A stretch of 64,000 nucleotides of DNA from positions 183,520,001 to 183,584,000 of the forward strand of contig NC_082710.1 in NCBI RefSeq assembly GCF_030144855.1, in the 5' to 3' direction. Shown here one piece after another: positions 1-11,574 of this stretch. Every line of letters starts with the position of its first letter. Position 1 is the stretch's first letter. Source of the stretch: Hypanus sabinus (Eukaryota). The notes beneath the pieces are model-generated. The model saw only the letters and a list, made by a program, of their open reading frames with translations, did no database searches and was not told the origin of the DNA. Position numbers and translations under genes: made by a program.

Positions 1-375
1 GAAACTTATTTAATGGTGAAAGGCCTTGATAGAGTGGACATGGAGTGAACGTTTCCTATGGTGGCAGAGTAAGACCAGAAGACACAGCTACAGAATAGAG
101 AAGCGTCCTTTTAGAATGGAAATGAGGAGGAATTTCTTTAGCCAGAGGGTGGTGAAATCTGTGAAATTCTTTGCTACAGGCCACAGTGGAGGCCAAGTCT
201 TTATGTACATTTAAGGCAGAGGTTCATAGATTCTTGATTAGTCAGGACATGAAGGGATACAAGGAGAAGGCAGGAGATTGGGGCTGAGAGGAAAACTGGA
301 TCAGCAATGATGAAATGGTTGAGAAGACTTGATGGGCCAAGTGGTCTAATTCTGCTCCTATATATTATGGTCTTA
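1..375 (+). mobile_element. CR1 LINE 3' end
   Basis: MRRNFFSQRVV C-terminus and gatgggccaa..ggtctaattctgctcct 3'UTR; similar piece at about 2935-3235. Confidence 0.8.
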
Positions 376-1169
376 TACAACTTCAACATAACTCCTGTAC
401 ATGATGTTCCACCATCACCTCTTGTATTTCAGATTCTATCTACCCACTGAGTTAAAAACATATCTTCCACAGAACCAACCCCTCTACACTTATTACACCT
501 TACCCTAAACCTCTGCCTTCTGATTATTGACAACTCTGCTGCAGAGTTGCAAAGTAGCTTTCATCTGCATCTGCGCTGTGCAACGTGGCTCCAGAACAAC
601 ATCTCATGCATCATCAACCTGCAGGACATGTCACTCAGGAACTGGGCTATATGATTATTCTTTTTATCACTGCATGTTTTTCTGCCATTCTAATTATATG
701 TGCTGTACATTATATGTGACTTGGCTCTGTTTTGCAATTTGGCCCCAGAGGAATGCTGTTTCACTTGGCTGAATTCATCTGATGGTTGAATGATAATTAA
801 ACTTGAGAATAGATTCTTACCATCCACCCTGAAAGAGGTGGGTAAATTAAACTGAATTGTTGGTGTTTGTTTGGGGGTGCTGGTGTGGACTGTGCAGAAT
901 TAGGGAAATTTGGTCACACTGAGACCAAATTAGTGTATTTGTTTTTCAAGATATATTTCTACTGTTTACAGCACAAAAGCCTTTCAGCAAATCATGTCTG
1001 TGTTGTGTTGTGGAAAGAACTAGCCCAGCTAATCCCTTGAACAAAAAGCTTACTGCCAAAAACAAGTACAAACTTATGGCCCTCTTCCTGCTACCGGCCA
1101 TGAGAAAGGTATCATTGCTTAGATCTCTTGCAACAGGCCCCTTTTGAGGGACTTGGGGAAACAAGTGGT

Positions 1170-1385
1170 TGGGTGGCACAGTAGTTATAACAGCGAAGCA
1201 GGTTCAATTCCAGCCACTGTCTGCAAGGAGTTTATAACTTCTCCCTGTGACTACATGGGCTTCCTCTGTGCCCTCCAGTTTCTTCCCACATTTCAAACAT
1301 ATAAGGGGTAGTAGGTAATTGGTCACATAGGTGCATCTGGTGGCGTGGGCTCATTGGGTCAAAGGGGCCTGTTGCTGCACCATAA
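1170..1385 (+). mobile_element. V-SINE / HE1-type SINE
   Basis: ggttcaattcc B-box, aaggagttt...ctccagtttcttcccacatt core; further copies at about 5095-5330 and 35230-35365. Confidence 0.7.
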
Positions 1386-1847
1386 GTGATGAAGTCTGGT
1401 TTATTTAGTTTCCTTACCCTACAACTTGCTTACTAGATTTTCCATCCTCACTTGCATTTACACAGATGGACCTTAATTCCTGATGAAGGGCTCAGATCAA
1501 AACATCGGCTGTTTGTTCATTTCCATAGTTGCTGCCTGACCTGCTGAGTCCCTCCAGCACTGTGTGTGTTGCTCTGGATTTAGAGCAGCTGCAGAATCTC
1601 ATGTGTCCCATTTCCACAATGCGTTGGGTTGTGGAAAGAACTGTCCTGGATAATCCCCGAGCAGAACTCCAGCTGTGGTTTTAAGGTTCCCTCATGTGTT
1701 TGTTCAGTCCCACCCACATTTCCAAGCATTGCTCTAACCTCTGAGATACTTCTGACAGATTGCCTTATTTTCTGCAAGTCATTGAAAGACAAACTGTGAT
1801 AAGGAATTAGCAAGGGAAGCCTCTTCTCTGGTAGATGCAGTCCTTAC

Positions 1848-1925
1848 CTCCTGCAGTGCCAACAAAGCGTTTGCTTGCCATCTGAAATCGGCACCTCTTG
1901 TAAACCGAGAAGCCACCTCACGAAC
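1848..1925 (-). CDS. CENPA: CENP-A coding exon 3 (end of helix 1, loop 1, start of helix 2; CATD region)
   Basis: 78-nt exon, ctttatctttccAG|...|GTaagg, phase 0-0, encodes VREVASRFTRGADFRWQANALLALQE. It matches CENP-A (human AREICVKFTRGVDFNWQAQALLALQE): loop 1 is two residues longer than in H3, and W replaces the F of H3 LRFQ. Confidence 0.97.
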
Positions 1926-2477
1926 CTGGAAAGATAAAGCCCCAAAAAAAATCAAATAAATCTAAATTATTGATGTAATTAAATAAAATGATTCGCATTA
2001 TTCACTGAGTACACATGTTAACTCTAGTAACCCTATCAAAATCAGGTTTACTATCACCAGTATATGTCATGAAATGTTGTTTTGCACAGCAGAACATTGC
2101 AATAGAGAATAAGAAAATAAATTACAATAATAAATATATTAATGTATAAAATTAAATTAAATTAGTGCAAAGAGAGATCAAAAAACAAAAAAATATAGTG
2201 AGGTAGTGTTCATAGACTCATTGTCCATTCAGAAATCTGATGGTAGTGGGGAAGAAGCTCTTCCTGAAACATTGAGCGTGTTTCTTCAGGCTTCTACCTC
2301 CTCCTTGATGGTAGCAATGAAAAGAGGATAATGGGGGTCCTTCATGATGGGAGCCATCGCCTTTTGAAGGTGTCCTGGATGCAGGGGAGGCTAGTGCCCA
2401 TGATGGAATTGTCTGAGCTTGCAGCTTCTTCTGATCCTGCGCAGTGCCCCCCCCCCCCCCATACCATTCAATGATAT

Positions 2478-2700
2478 AAGAAATTGCCTTTCAACTCACA
2501 AGAGAGCATAGGCCATTATATAGGCATATATTTTGATGTTTCTGTAGCAGGCAATTTCTTTTTTACAAGGTCAAGTTGCTAGCTTGATGCTCAACCTGGC
2601 ATGGATGGAAAGTGTGCACGGGAACCGGCTGCATTTGAACTCGGGACCTTCCATCCCAAAGCCCAGCATTGAAGCCACTAAGCCACCAGCTGGCTGCATA
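2478..2700 (-). mobile_element. tRNA-derived SINE family 2 (copies also at about 5840-6030 and 27050-27150)
   Basis: Minus strand has tagtggcttcaatgc...cccgagttcaaat boxes; tail hairpin AGAAATTGCC...GGCAATTTCT. Confidence 0.6.
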
Positions 2701-3239
2701 CAGTGATATAGCCAGATAGAATGCTTTCCATAGTACATGCGAGAGTCGCTGGTGACATACCAATTTCCCTATGAGTGACATCTAGCAGAATCTGTGCCTA
2801 TATTAAACACCTGCAGCATTTTTCTTTTTATTTAGAGATACAGCACGGTAACAGATCCTTCTGGACCCAGACTATGCGCTGCCCACCTACACCCATGTGA
2901 ACAATTCACGGACTAACATGAACATCCTTGGAATATGGAAGGAAATATCTTCTCTTCTGGACGTGGAGAGGATGCTTCCTATAGTGGACAAGTCTAAGAC
3001 TAGAGGGGACAGCCTCAAAATAGATGGACGTCCATTTCAAACAGAGACGAGGAAGAATTTCTTTAGCCAGAGTAGTGAATTTGTGGATTTCATTGCCATT
3101 TTTGGTACATTGACTATATTTAAAGCGGAGGTTGATAGTTTCGTGGTTAGTCAGAGTGTCACATGGAGAATGTTTGAGAAGGACAATAAATCAGTCATGG
3201 AAAAGCAGGGCAGACACGATATGCTAAGTTGTCTAATTC

Positions 3240-3990
3240 AGAATCAGGTTTAATATCACTGGCATATGGTGCAATTTGTTAACCTGGCAGCAGCAATACA
3301 ATGCAATACATGATAATACAGAACAAAAGTAAACCAATTACATTAAGTATGTGTATATTAAATAGTTAGATTAAAAATTGTGTAAAACCAGAAATAATAT
3401 TTTAAAAAATGAGGCAGTGTTCATGGGTTCGATGTCCATTTTGAAATCGGATGGCAGTGCGGAAGATGCCATTCCTGAATCATTGAGTGTGTGCCTTCAG
3501 ACTTCTCTACCTCCTTCTTGACAATAACAGTGAGAAAAGGACATGTCCTGGGTGATGGGGGTCCTTAATAATGGATGCCACCTTTCTGAGGCACCGCTCC
3601 TTGAGGATGTCTTACTACAGAGGTTGGAACCCAAGATGGAGCTGACTAATCTTACAACTTTCTGTAGCCTCTTTCGATGCCGTGCAGTAGCCTCCCCATA
3701 TCAGAGAGTGATGCAGCTTGTCAGAACAATCTCCACGATATATCTGTAGATGTTTGAGTGTTTTAGGTGACAAAGCAAATCTCATCTAACTCAAGAAATA
3801 TAGCCACTGTCTTGCCTTCTTTATAGGTGCATCAATATGTTGGGACCAGGTTAGATCCTCAGAGATGATGACACCCAGGAACTTGAAATTGCTCACTCTC
3901 TCCACTTCTGATGCTTCTATGAGGATTGGTTCATGTCCTACCTTTTCTGAAGTCAACAATCAGCTCTTTGCTCTTACTGATGTTGAGTGT
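3240..3990 (-). mobile_element. Rex1/Babar- or L2-like (DUF1891-type) LINE 3' fragment
   Basis: Family-typical HPGH.LFSLL..GRR.R segment and 3'UTR; further copies at about 2035-2460, 18340-18960, 24430-25020, 31150-31580 and 57600-58330 on the minus strand. Confidence 0.7.
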
Positions 3991-4394
3991 AATCCTGCTC
4001 CTATGGAGCACCAGGAGAAAACCATCACAGTCCAGGGGAGAACATACAAACTGCACTGAATGCTGCTGCTGCTGTGTTACGCCATCGTGCCCAGGTCCCT
4101 CTGTGCCTTTCTATAGGCATTTCTCAACTAACAAATATGAGACTTGTGAAATGTCAACACAATACCATTTCGGCGTTCAGAATATGTGCCTTCGATTTAA
4201 AAATCTTTCAGTGTTACAGTAGCCCTTAGAAATCAAATTTCAAGTCACAAAATTTAATTTAATGGAAAGTTTTCTTAGAACACAACCCTTTCATGATACT
4301 GGAAAACACGTACATCACAAATACTTTCCTGTTGAAACTTTGTTGAGCATCCCCATTCCAATCGCAGAATTTTCCAGTGGCCAAACATTTTAAT

Positions 4395-4950
4395 CCCTAT
4401 CCCCATTCCCATTCCAATACGCAAGTCCAAGGTCTCCTCTTCTGCCATGATGAGGCCACTTTCAGCTTGGAGGAACATCATCTTATATTCCATCAAAGTA
4501 GCCTAAACCTGATGGCATGAACATCATCTTGTCCTTACAGTAATTCTTTCCCCTTCCTCTTCTTTTATTCCCCACTGTGGTCTCTTATCTCTTCTACTCA
4601 TCAGCCTATCACCTCCCCCAGTGCCCCTCCTCCTTCCCTTTCTCCCATGGTCCACTCTCCTCCCCTATCAGATTCCTTCCCCTCCAGCCCTTTACTTTTT
4701 CCCACCTATCACCTACCAGCTTCTTACTTCATGCCTCCTCCCTCATCAAACTGGATTCACCTATCACCTTCTAGCTTGCCCTCCTTCACTCCTCCTTCCC
4801 CCCCCCCCCCCACACAACTTTTTATTCTGGCTTCTTCTCACATTTTTTTCCCCAGTCCTGATGAAGGGACTCAGCCTGAAACATCAACTGTTTATGCACT
4901 TCTATAGATTCTGTCTGACCTGCTGAGTTCCTCCAGCATTTCATCTGTGT
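4395..4950 (+). mobile_element. Penelope-like element 3' end with hammerhead motif
   Basis: End of GIY-YIG region (HDEATFSLEEHHLIF), polypyrimidine UTR, CAGTC-CTGATGA...GAAA at 4853-4890. Confidence 0.8.
4853..4890 (+). ncRNA. Minimal type I hammerhead ribozyme motif (degenerate)
   Basis: CAGUC-CUGAUGA-AGGGACUCAGCCU-GAAA-CA-UC-AACUG. Confidence 0.55.
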
Positions 4951-5559
4951 ATCACTTTCTTGTTGATGTGTTTGTTTCAGCTTTAAGTTTTCCATTTACC
5001 CAATGTCTCCCATCGTTCGGGTTTTTATTTTGCATCCTTCTCTAAAATCCACTTGGATTCTGCCATTGTTGACATTCCAACATGCAACATGGGGAAGCAT
5101 AGTGAAGCAGCTTGAGCCAGTCAGCACCACAACCCAGGCTCAATCCTGACTTCTGCACTGACTGCGTTAAACTCAAGCACATTAGTACTGGACAGGTCTT
5201 CCCACATCCCAAACGCATGTAGTTCATAGGCTAATTGACCACTATAAGTTATCCTCCGTGTAGATGAGTGTTAAGATTCAAGGGGAATTGATGGAACTGT
5301 AAGGAGAATAAAATCCAATGAACATATGATGAGTTCAAGATTAGTATACGTTCAACATCATCATCCGGTCAGTTCTAATCAACAGGCTCCAAAACCTCCC
5401 TCTGCAACTGGACTTGCATCAGGAAACCAGTCAGTGTGGATAGCAAATAGCTTCTCCCCCTCACTGACAGTCAACACAGATGCATACTTAGCCCACTGCT
5501 CTACAGTCAAGAGTGTGGCAAGGCAAGGCGCAATGTCACAACTGTTATTGGCAGAATCT

Positions 5560-6400
5560 CAAATGGTGACAAGGAGGCATACAGGAGCAAAATGAATCAG
5601 CTGGTTGGTGTCGCAACAACAAATCTGCACTTAACATCAGCAAGACAAAGGAATTGTCTGTAAACTTCAGGAAGATGAAGTCAAGAGAACAGAGACAAGT
5701 CCTAGGAAGGGTCAGTTCCTGGGTGTCAACATCTCTGAAATTCTATCCTTGGCCTAACAAACTGAGGCAATTACAAAGAAGGCTTGCCATTAGCTGTATT
5801 TCATTTGAAATTTGAGTAGATTTGGTATGTCGCCAAAGAGAAATTGCCTTTCAACTCATGAGAGAGCATAGGCCATCAACTTTTTGCCGTTGATGTTTCT
5901 GTAACAGGCAATTTCTTTTTTACGAGGTTGAGTCGCTAGCTCGACGCTCAACCCAGCACTGGTGGAAAGTGTGCACGGGGGCCGGCTGGACTTGAACTCA
6001 GGACCTGTTGCCACTATGCCACCAGGTGGCTATGTCATAAAGACTCTAGTAAATTTGTACAGATGTACTGTGGAAAGCATTCTGTTTGGCTGCATTACCT
6101 TCTGATATGGACACACCAATGCAGAGGATTAGAAAAAGCTGCACAGAGTTAAAAACTCAGCAAGCTCTGTCATGGGCACTAACCTCCCTATCATCAAGGG
6201 CATCTTCAAAAGGCAGTATCCAGCACTAAAGACTATCACCATCCAGGACAAAGCCTCTTCCCATTACTACAATTAGGGAGCTGGTGCAGGAGCTTGAAGA
6301 TGCCCACACAGTGTCAGGAACAGCTTCTTCCCCAATGCCATCAGATTTCTGAACAGTCCATAAACTCATGAACACTACCTTTTAGCATTACTTATTTTTC
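5560..6400 (+). mobile_element. Rex1/Babar- or L2-like LINE 3' fragment
   Basis: FLGVNISE.LSL, YRCTVESILFGCIT; further plus-strand copies at about 7410-7850, 24040-24400, 49640-50660 and 58990-59400. Confidence 0.7.
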
Positions 6401-6419
6401 TTATCTCTTATTCATCATC

Positions 6420-6780
6420 ATCATCATGTACGGTGCCATATGACGTGGACAATCATTATCTTCCATCCGTCATGGCCATGATTGTTCTTGGCAAATTTTT
6501 CGACATAAGTGGCTTGCCATTGCCTTCTTCTGGGCAATGTCTTTACAGGACAGGTAACCCCAGCCATTATAGATACTTCAGAGATTGTCTGCCTGGCGTC
6601 ACATAACCAGGATCTGTGATGTGCACCGGCTGTTCATACCACCTGCTCCCATGACTTTACGTGACCCTGATTGGGGGGGGGGGGCTGATCAGGTGCTACA
6701 CCTTGCCTAAGAGTGACCTGCAGGCTAGCAGAGGGAAGCAGCGCCTTCACCTCCTTTAGTAGGACATACCCCTAGCCCCG
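6420..6780. repeat. Unclassified interspersed repeat; inverted copy at about 48880-49000
   Basis: catgattgttcttggc...tgccattgcc...gtgtcttta shared between the two sites. Confidence 0.55.
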
Positions 6781-7966
6781 CCACATCATATTTCTTATTA
6801 TAACATTGTAATATTTTAATGCATTGAACTGTGCTACTGCTGCAAAACATGAAACTTCACAACATGTCATATATTAATGATAATCAATCTGATTCTGTAT
6901 ACCTGACAGTCAGGTGGTTAGCTGGTTATGTAAAAACAGCCATTAGTGTTAAGTATAAATAGCTCTACTATCACAGAAAACAATCAGATTGGAGAAGGCC
7001 TCTGGTGCAAAGTATGATTCTCTCATCCCAGAAGCCACTTGTCACTGCTAATATTATCTTAATCCTTTATTTAATCTGACTACTTCTTAAAGTATGCTAC
7101 CCAAATTCAGACAGTGCTCTGTACTGATGAAGCACAAATTTCTGCCCAGTTTCCAGAACCCACATGTACTCTGTTTTATCAGCGAGATCAACACAAGGAA
7201 AGCTAGTACTTACTGCCCACTCCTAATTGTCCCTGACAACGTGGCAAACAACCTTTTGTTTTGAACGAGTTCTGATTTACTGCCAATTCTCTAACAACCC
7301 AAATGTGCTTCCCACAGCTGATAATCTTTGGCAAGTGAAAATGAAAATATTGTGGGTACAGTATGTCAAAACTGCCCGATGTGTCAGCAATCCCAGCTAA
7401 CCTATGGTACTGTACCGTAACATACAGTATAGACAGAAAAGTGCCGGAAAAAGGCCAGTAACGTCATGAAGGATCCCACTCACCCTACTCATGGACTGTT
7501 TGTCCCACTCTCATCAGGGAAGAGATTACGTAGCGTCCATACCAGAACCACCAGACTTAAAAACACTTATTTGCCCCAAGCATCAACACTTCCCTGTCCA
7601 CACCCCCACCAGTATTTTATCATTTCCTGTCAAAGTCACATTATGTATAGTCACTCCTGTCACTTTATGGACTTACAATCTATGTATGTAAGCTACAGTA
7701 TCTTATGTATTTATATTGATTGTGTTAGTATTATTGTTATACTTATCTTATTGTGATTTTTTTTTTTGCATTGCATTGGATCTGAAGTAACAATTACTTT
7801 GCTTTCTTTTACACTTGTGTACTGGAAATTACTTTTAAAAATCTTGAATCCCAACACCAAACAGAGCTGAACACTTCGTCCACACTGCTAACAACAATAC
7901 AAATCAATCTGGAAAGAGCACTTTCATTTCACCTTGCAGTCAGTATTTTTGTCCCTGGCCACTCAC

Positions 7967-8085
7967 CACTCTGCTAAATGGCAGCTTGTTCATCAACAAA
8001 CTTGTCGACTTCTGATATTGGCGTATTTCCTTCAAGGCCTTGGTGCCCGGGCGGAACCTCCGGCGTGTGGAAGCTGGTCGTGGCC
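7967..8085 (-). CDS. CENPA: CENP-A coding exon 2 (end of tail, alphaN helix, helix 1)
   Basis: 119-nt exon, gcctgttctgtAG|...|GTgagt, phase 1-0, encodes (R)[39 protein letters not shown]. This is an H3-family signature with the CENP-A-type PFSR (H3 has PFQR), in frame with both flanking exons. Confidence 0.97.
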
Positions 8086-8789
8086 CTACAGAACAGGCAA
8101 TCGAGTTTTACGGAGTTCAACAGCAAGTCTGCATTTTGATCATGTTTATTTTGGCTAATTGGGACACATTGAGACCAGTACATTTTAACGCAATTAAGCA
8201 GCTCCCAATTAGCCGGTTTCATGGAAATAGTTAAAAAAGATGTTTAACTGAGTAACAAATTATGTATTTAAATGATTGACGGAGGAATTCATCCAGTGTA
8301 TGCTGCTGTTTTCTTTTGATTGATTGAAAATGAAGAAAATCAGTAAAGGTAATGGACTGGCTTCATTGCCTTCCTGCACGAAGTAGTGTTGCCATCTGTC
8401 AATATACAAGTGGATGACTTTCAGTTTGGTCCCATAGAGCTACTTTTTCCAGCAGTGTCAATTTTTTCGTGGTATCTTGGCAAGGGTCTGAAGTATTTTT
8501 AAAGTAAAAAAAAACTATCAAAGAAACACTTTTTTGAATTGCCATTCATCAGCCCAAATGGTTAACACAACAACACACACAAAATGCTGGAGGAACTCAG
8601 CAGGCCAGGCAGCATCTATGGAAAAGATTTCGGGCTGAGACCCTTCAGCAGGACTTCCAATCGAGTTGGTAGAATTGGGAGAAAGTTCTAGAGAGGACGG
8701 GATGGAGAGAGATTTGTGATGGATAGTAGTCTGGGTTTGAGGCTTTTGATGGGGCAGAGGGTAAGATGCTGCAGAATGCCATTGGAAGG

Positions 8790-9740
8790 CAAATCCCTGT
8801 TGCACAAAGTACTTGTCAGTGATTTTGATAATGGAATTGAGCGCTTTGTGGCAAAGTTTGCAGATGATACAAAGATAGATGGAGGGGCAGGTAGTGCTGA
8901 GGAAGCAATGCGATTGTAGCAGGACTTCGACAAATTGGAAGAATGGGGATAAAAGTGGCAGATGGAATACAGTGTTAGGAAATGTATGATAATGCATTTC
9001 TGTAAAAGGAACAATAGTACAAACTATATCTGAATGGGGAGAAAATTCAAACACCGGAGGTGCAGAGAGACTTAGTGCAAGACTTCCACAAGGTTAAATT
9101 ACAGGTTGAGTCTGTGATAAAGAAGGTAAGTGCAATGTTTGCATTTATTTCAAGGGGAAGAGAATACAAAAGCAAAGAGATAATGCTGAGCCTTTATAAC
9201 AACAGTTTAGGGCTCCATATGGGATGTCTTGTCATTGGAGAGAGTTCGAAGGAGGCTCATGAGGATGATTCCAGGAAGGAAGGGGTTAACATATGAAGAG
9301 CATCTGGCAGCTCTAGGCCTACACTCACTGGAATTTAGAAGAATGCAGGGGAATCTCATTGAAAGCTACCAAATGTTGAAAGAACTAGATAGGATGGATG
9401 TAAAGAGGATGTTTCCTCAGATGGTGGAGATATCAAGAACTAGAGGGCACAGTCTCAAAACTGTGAGGCAACCTTAGAGCAGAGGTAAGGAGGTATTTTG
9501 TTTGAGCCAGACAGAAATAAATCTGTGGGATGCTCTGCCACAGACTGCAGTGGAGGCCAAGTCCGTGGGTATATTTAAGGCAGAATTTGATACTTTACTG
9601 ATCGGTCAGGGCATCAAAGAATATGGCAAGGCGGCAAGTGAAAGCAGTTGGGTGGGATCCGGAATCAGCCATGATGGTATGGCGGAGCAGACTTGATAGG
9701 CTGAATGGCCTAATTCTGCTCCTATGTCCTACGATCTAAA
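8790..9740 (+). mobile_element. CR1 LINE 3' fragment
   Basis: AKFADDTKIDG, LEFRRMQGNLIE, RTRGHSLK, 3'UTR. Confidence 0.85.
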
Positions 9741-9769
9741 AGACCAAACAGCTCATTGTGTCTTGTGCA

Positions 9770-10143
9770 GATAAATGGCTCCAAGGAGGAAGGGCCAATA
9801 CTCCCGACAGAGCCCGTTTGTCCGAGGTGGATGAGCAGTCGAGATGTGTGTGCTTCAACGCAGATCATGGGTGCAGCATGCGAGTTAACAACAACTCCAT
9901 GATGAGCTCCGACTTTATACACACACCGGACTGGTTTAACTGTAATGGGCCCTTTTAGTATTTTCTTTTCTCTTCCCTGAGATTTGTAAGTACACTTTCT
10001 TTTTAATTTTAATTTAATCGAGGTTTCTTTCATCACGATGTTGCAATTTTGAACCCAAAATCATACGGACCCAAGACGGGTATTGTTTGTGAGTCTCGTG
10101 GCTGTTAGCAGAGCTGGCTAACGAGCACAGTGAGAGGGTTACA
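9770..10143. mobile_element. Probable LTR remnant related to 58470-58991
   Basis: Shared internal block; ends GAGGGTTACA. Confidence 0.4.
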
Positions 10144-10144
10144 C

Positions 10145-10740
10145 TTTGGTTAGACCACATTAGGAACATTATGTTCAGCTCTTGTCACTTCATGATAGAA
10201 AGGATATGGAATCTTTAGTAAGGGTGCAGAGAAGAATTACCAGGATACTTACTGAAGGTTGTCATAATTTATAATGGGACATTGACAGGACACAGAACTG
10301 GGTTGAGAAGTGGCTAGATGGTGTTTAATCTGGAAAAGTGTGAAGGGATTCACTTGGAAGGTTGAATTTGAAGGCAGAATGCAAGATTGAGAACAGGATT
10401 CTTAGTAGTGTAGAGGAACAAAGTTATCTCAGGGTCCACATGCATAGATCCCTCAAAGTTGCTGTGCAAGTTGATAGGGTATACAAGTTGAAGTAGTGTG
10501 TTGATCTTCATTCATTGAGGGACTGAGGTTAAGAATCACAAAGCAGCTGTATAAAACACTGGTTATACCATATTTGGAGCATGCTGTTCAATTCTGGTCA
10601 CTTCATTAGAAAGGATACCAACAATATTTACCAGGATCGCGCCTGGACTAGTGTAGATTGAGCAAGCCGTTGGTAGGGATATACAAGATGATTTAATAGG
10701 CATTTATTAGATTGGACAGCCAGCACCTTTTTCCCCAGAT
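10145..10740 (+). mobile_element. CR1 LINE fragments
   Basis: Degenerate RT C-terminal segments. Confidence 0.65.
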
Positions 10741-11574
10741 ACAAGACCATTAGATATAGGAGTAGAAGTAGGGCATTCGGCCCATCAAATCTGCTCCAGC
10801 ATTCAATCATGGGCTGATCCAATTCTTCCAGTCATCTCCACTCCCCATAACCTTTGATGCCCTGGCTAATCAAGAACCTATCTATCTCTGCCTTAAAAAC
10901 ACCCAATGACTTGGCCTTCACAGCCGCTCGTGGCAACAAATTCCACAGATTTACCACCCTCTGATTAAAGTAATTTATCCACATCTCTGTTCTAAATGAT
11001 CGTCCTTCAATCTTGAAGTCATGCCCTCTTGTCCGAGAATCCCCTACCATGGGAAATAACGTTGCCATATCTAATCTGTTCAGGCCTTTTAACATTCTGA
11101 ATGTTTCTATGAGATCACCCCTCATTCTCCTGAACTCCAGGGAATACAGCCCAAGAGCTGCCAGACATTACTCATATGGTAACCCTTTCATTCCTGGAAT
11201 CATTCTCATGAAACTTCTCTGAACTCTCTCCAATGTCAGTATACCCTTTCTAAAATAAGGAGCCCAAAACTGCACACAATACTCCAAGTGTGGTCTCATG
11301 AGTGCCTGACAGAGTCTCAACATCACATCCTTGCTCTAATATTCTATACCTCCAGAAATGAATGCCAACATTGCATTCGCCTTCTTCACCACCAACTCAA
11401 CCTGAAGGTTAACCTTTAGGAGATCCTGCACAAGGACTCCCAAGTCCCCTTGCATCTCTGCATCTTGAATTCTCTCCCTATCTAAATAATAATAATATCT
11501 TCCACCAAAGTGCATGACCATACACTTTCCAACATTGTATTTCATTTGCCACTTCTTTGCCCATTCCCCTAAAC

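Noticed and set aside
821-828. AG|GGTGGATG|GTAAG 8-nt candidate microexon in the last CENPA intron
   Set aside because: It would shift the frame inside the histone fold; likely chance.
1-1847. Search for the final CENPA exon (AAEAFLV...HA.RVT...LARRIRG)
   Set aside because: I found no matching segment on the minus strand; it must lie left of the window, so no truncation or pseudogene claim is made.
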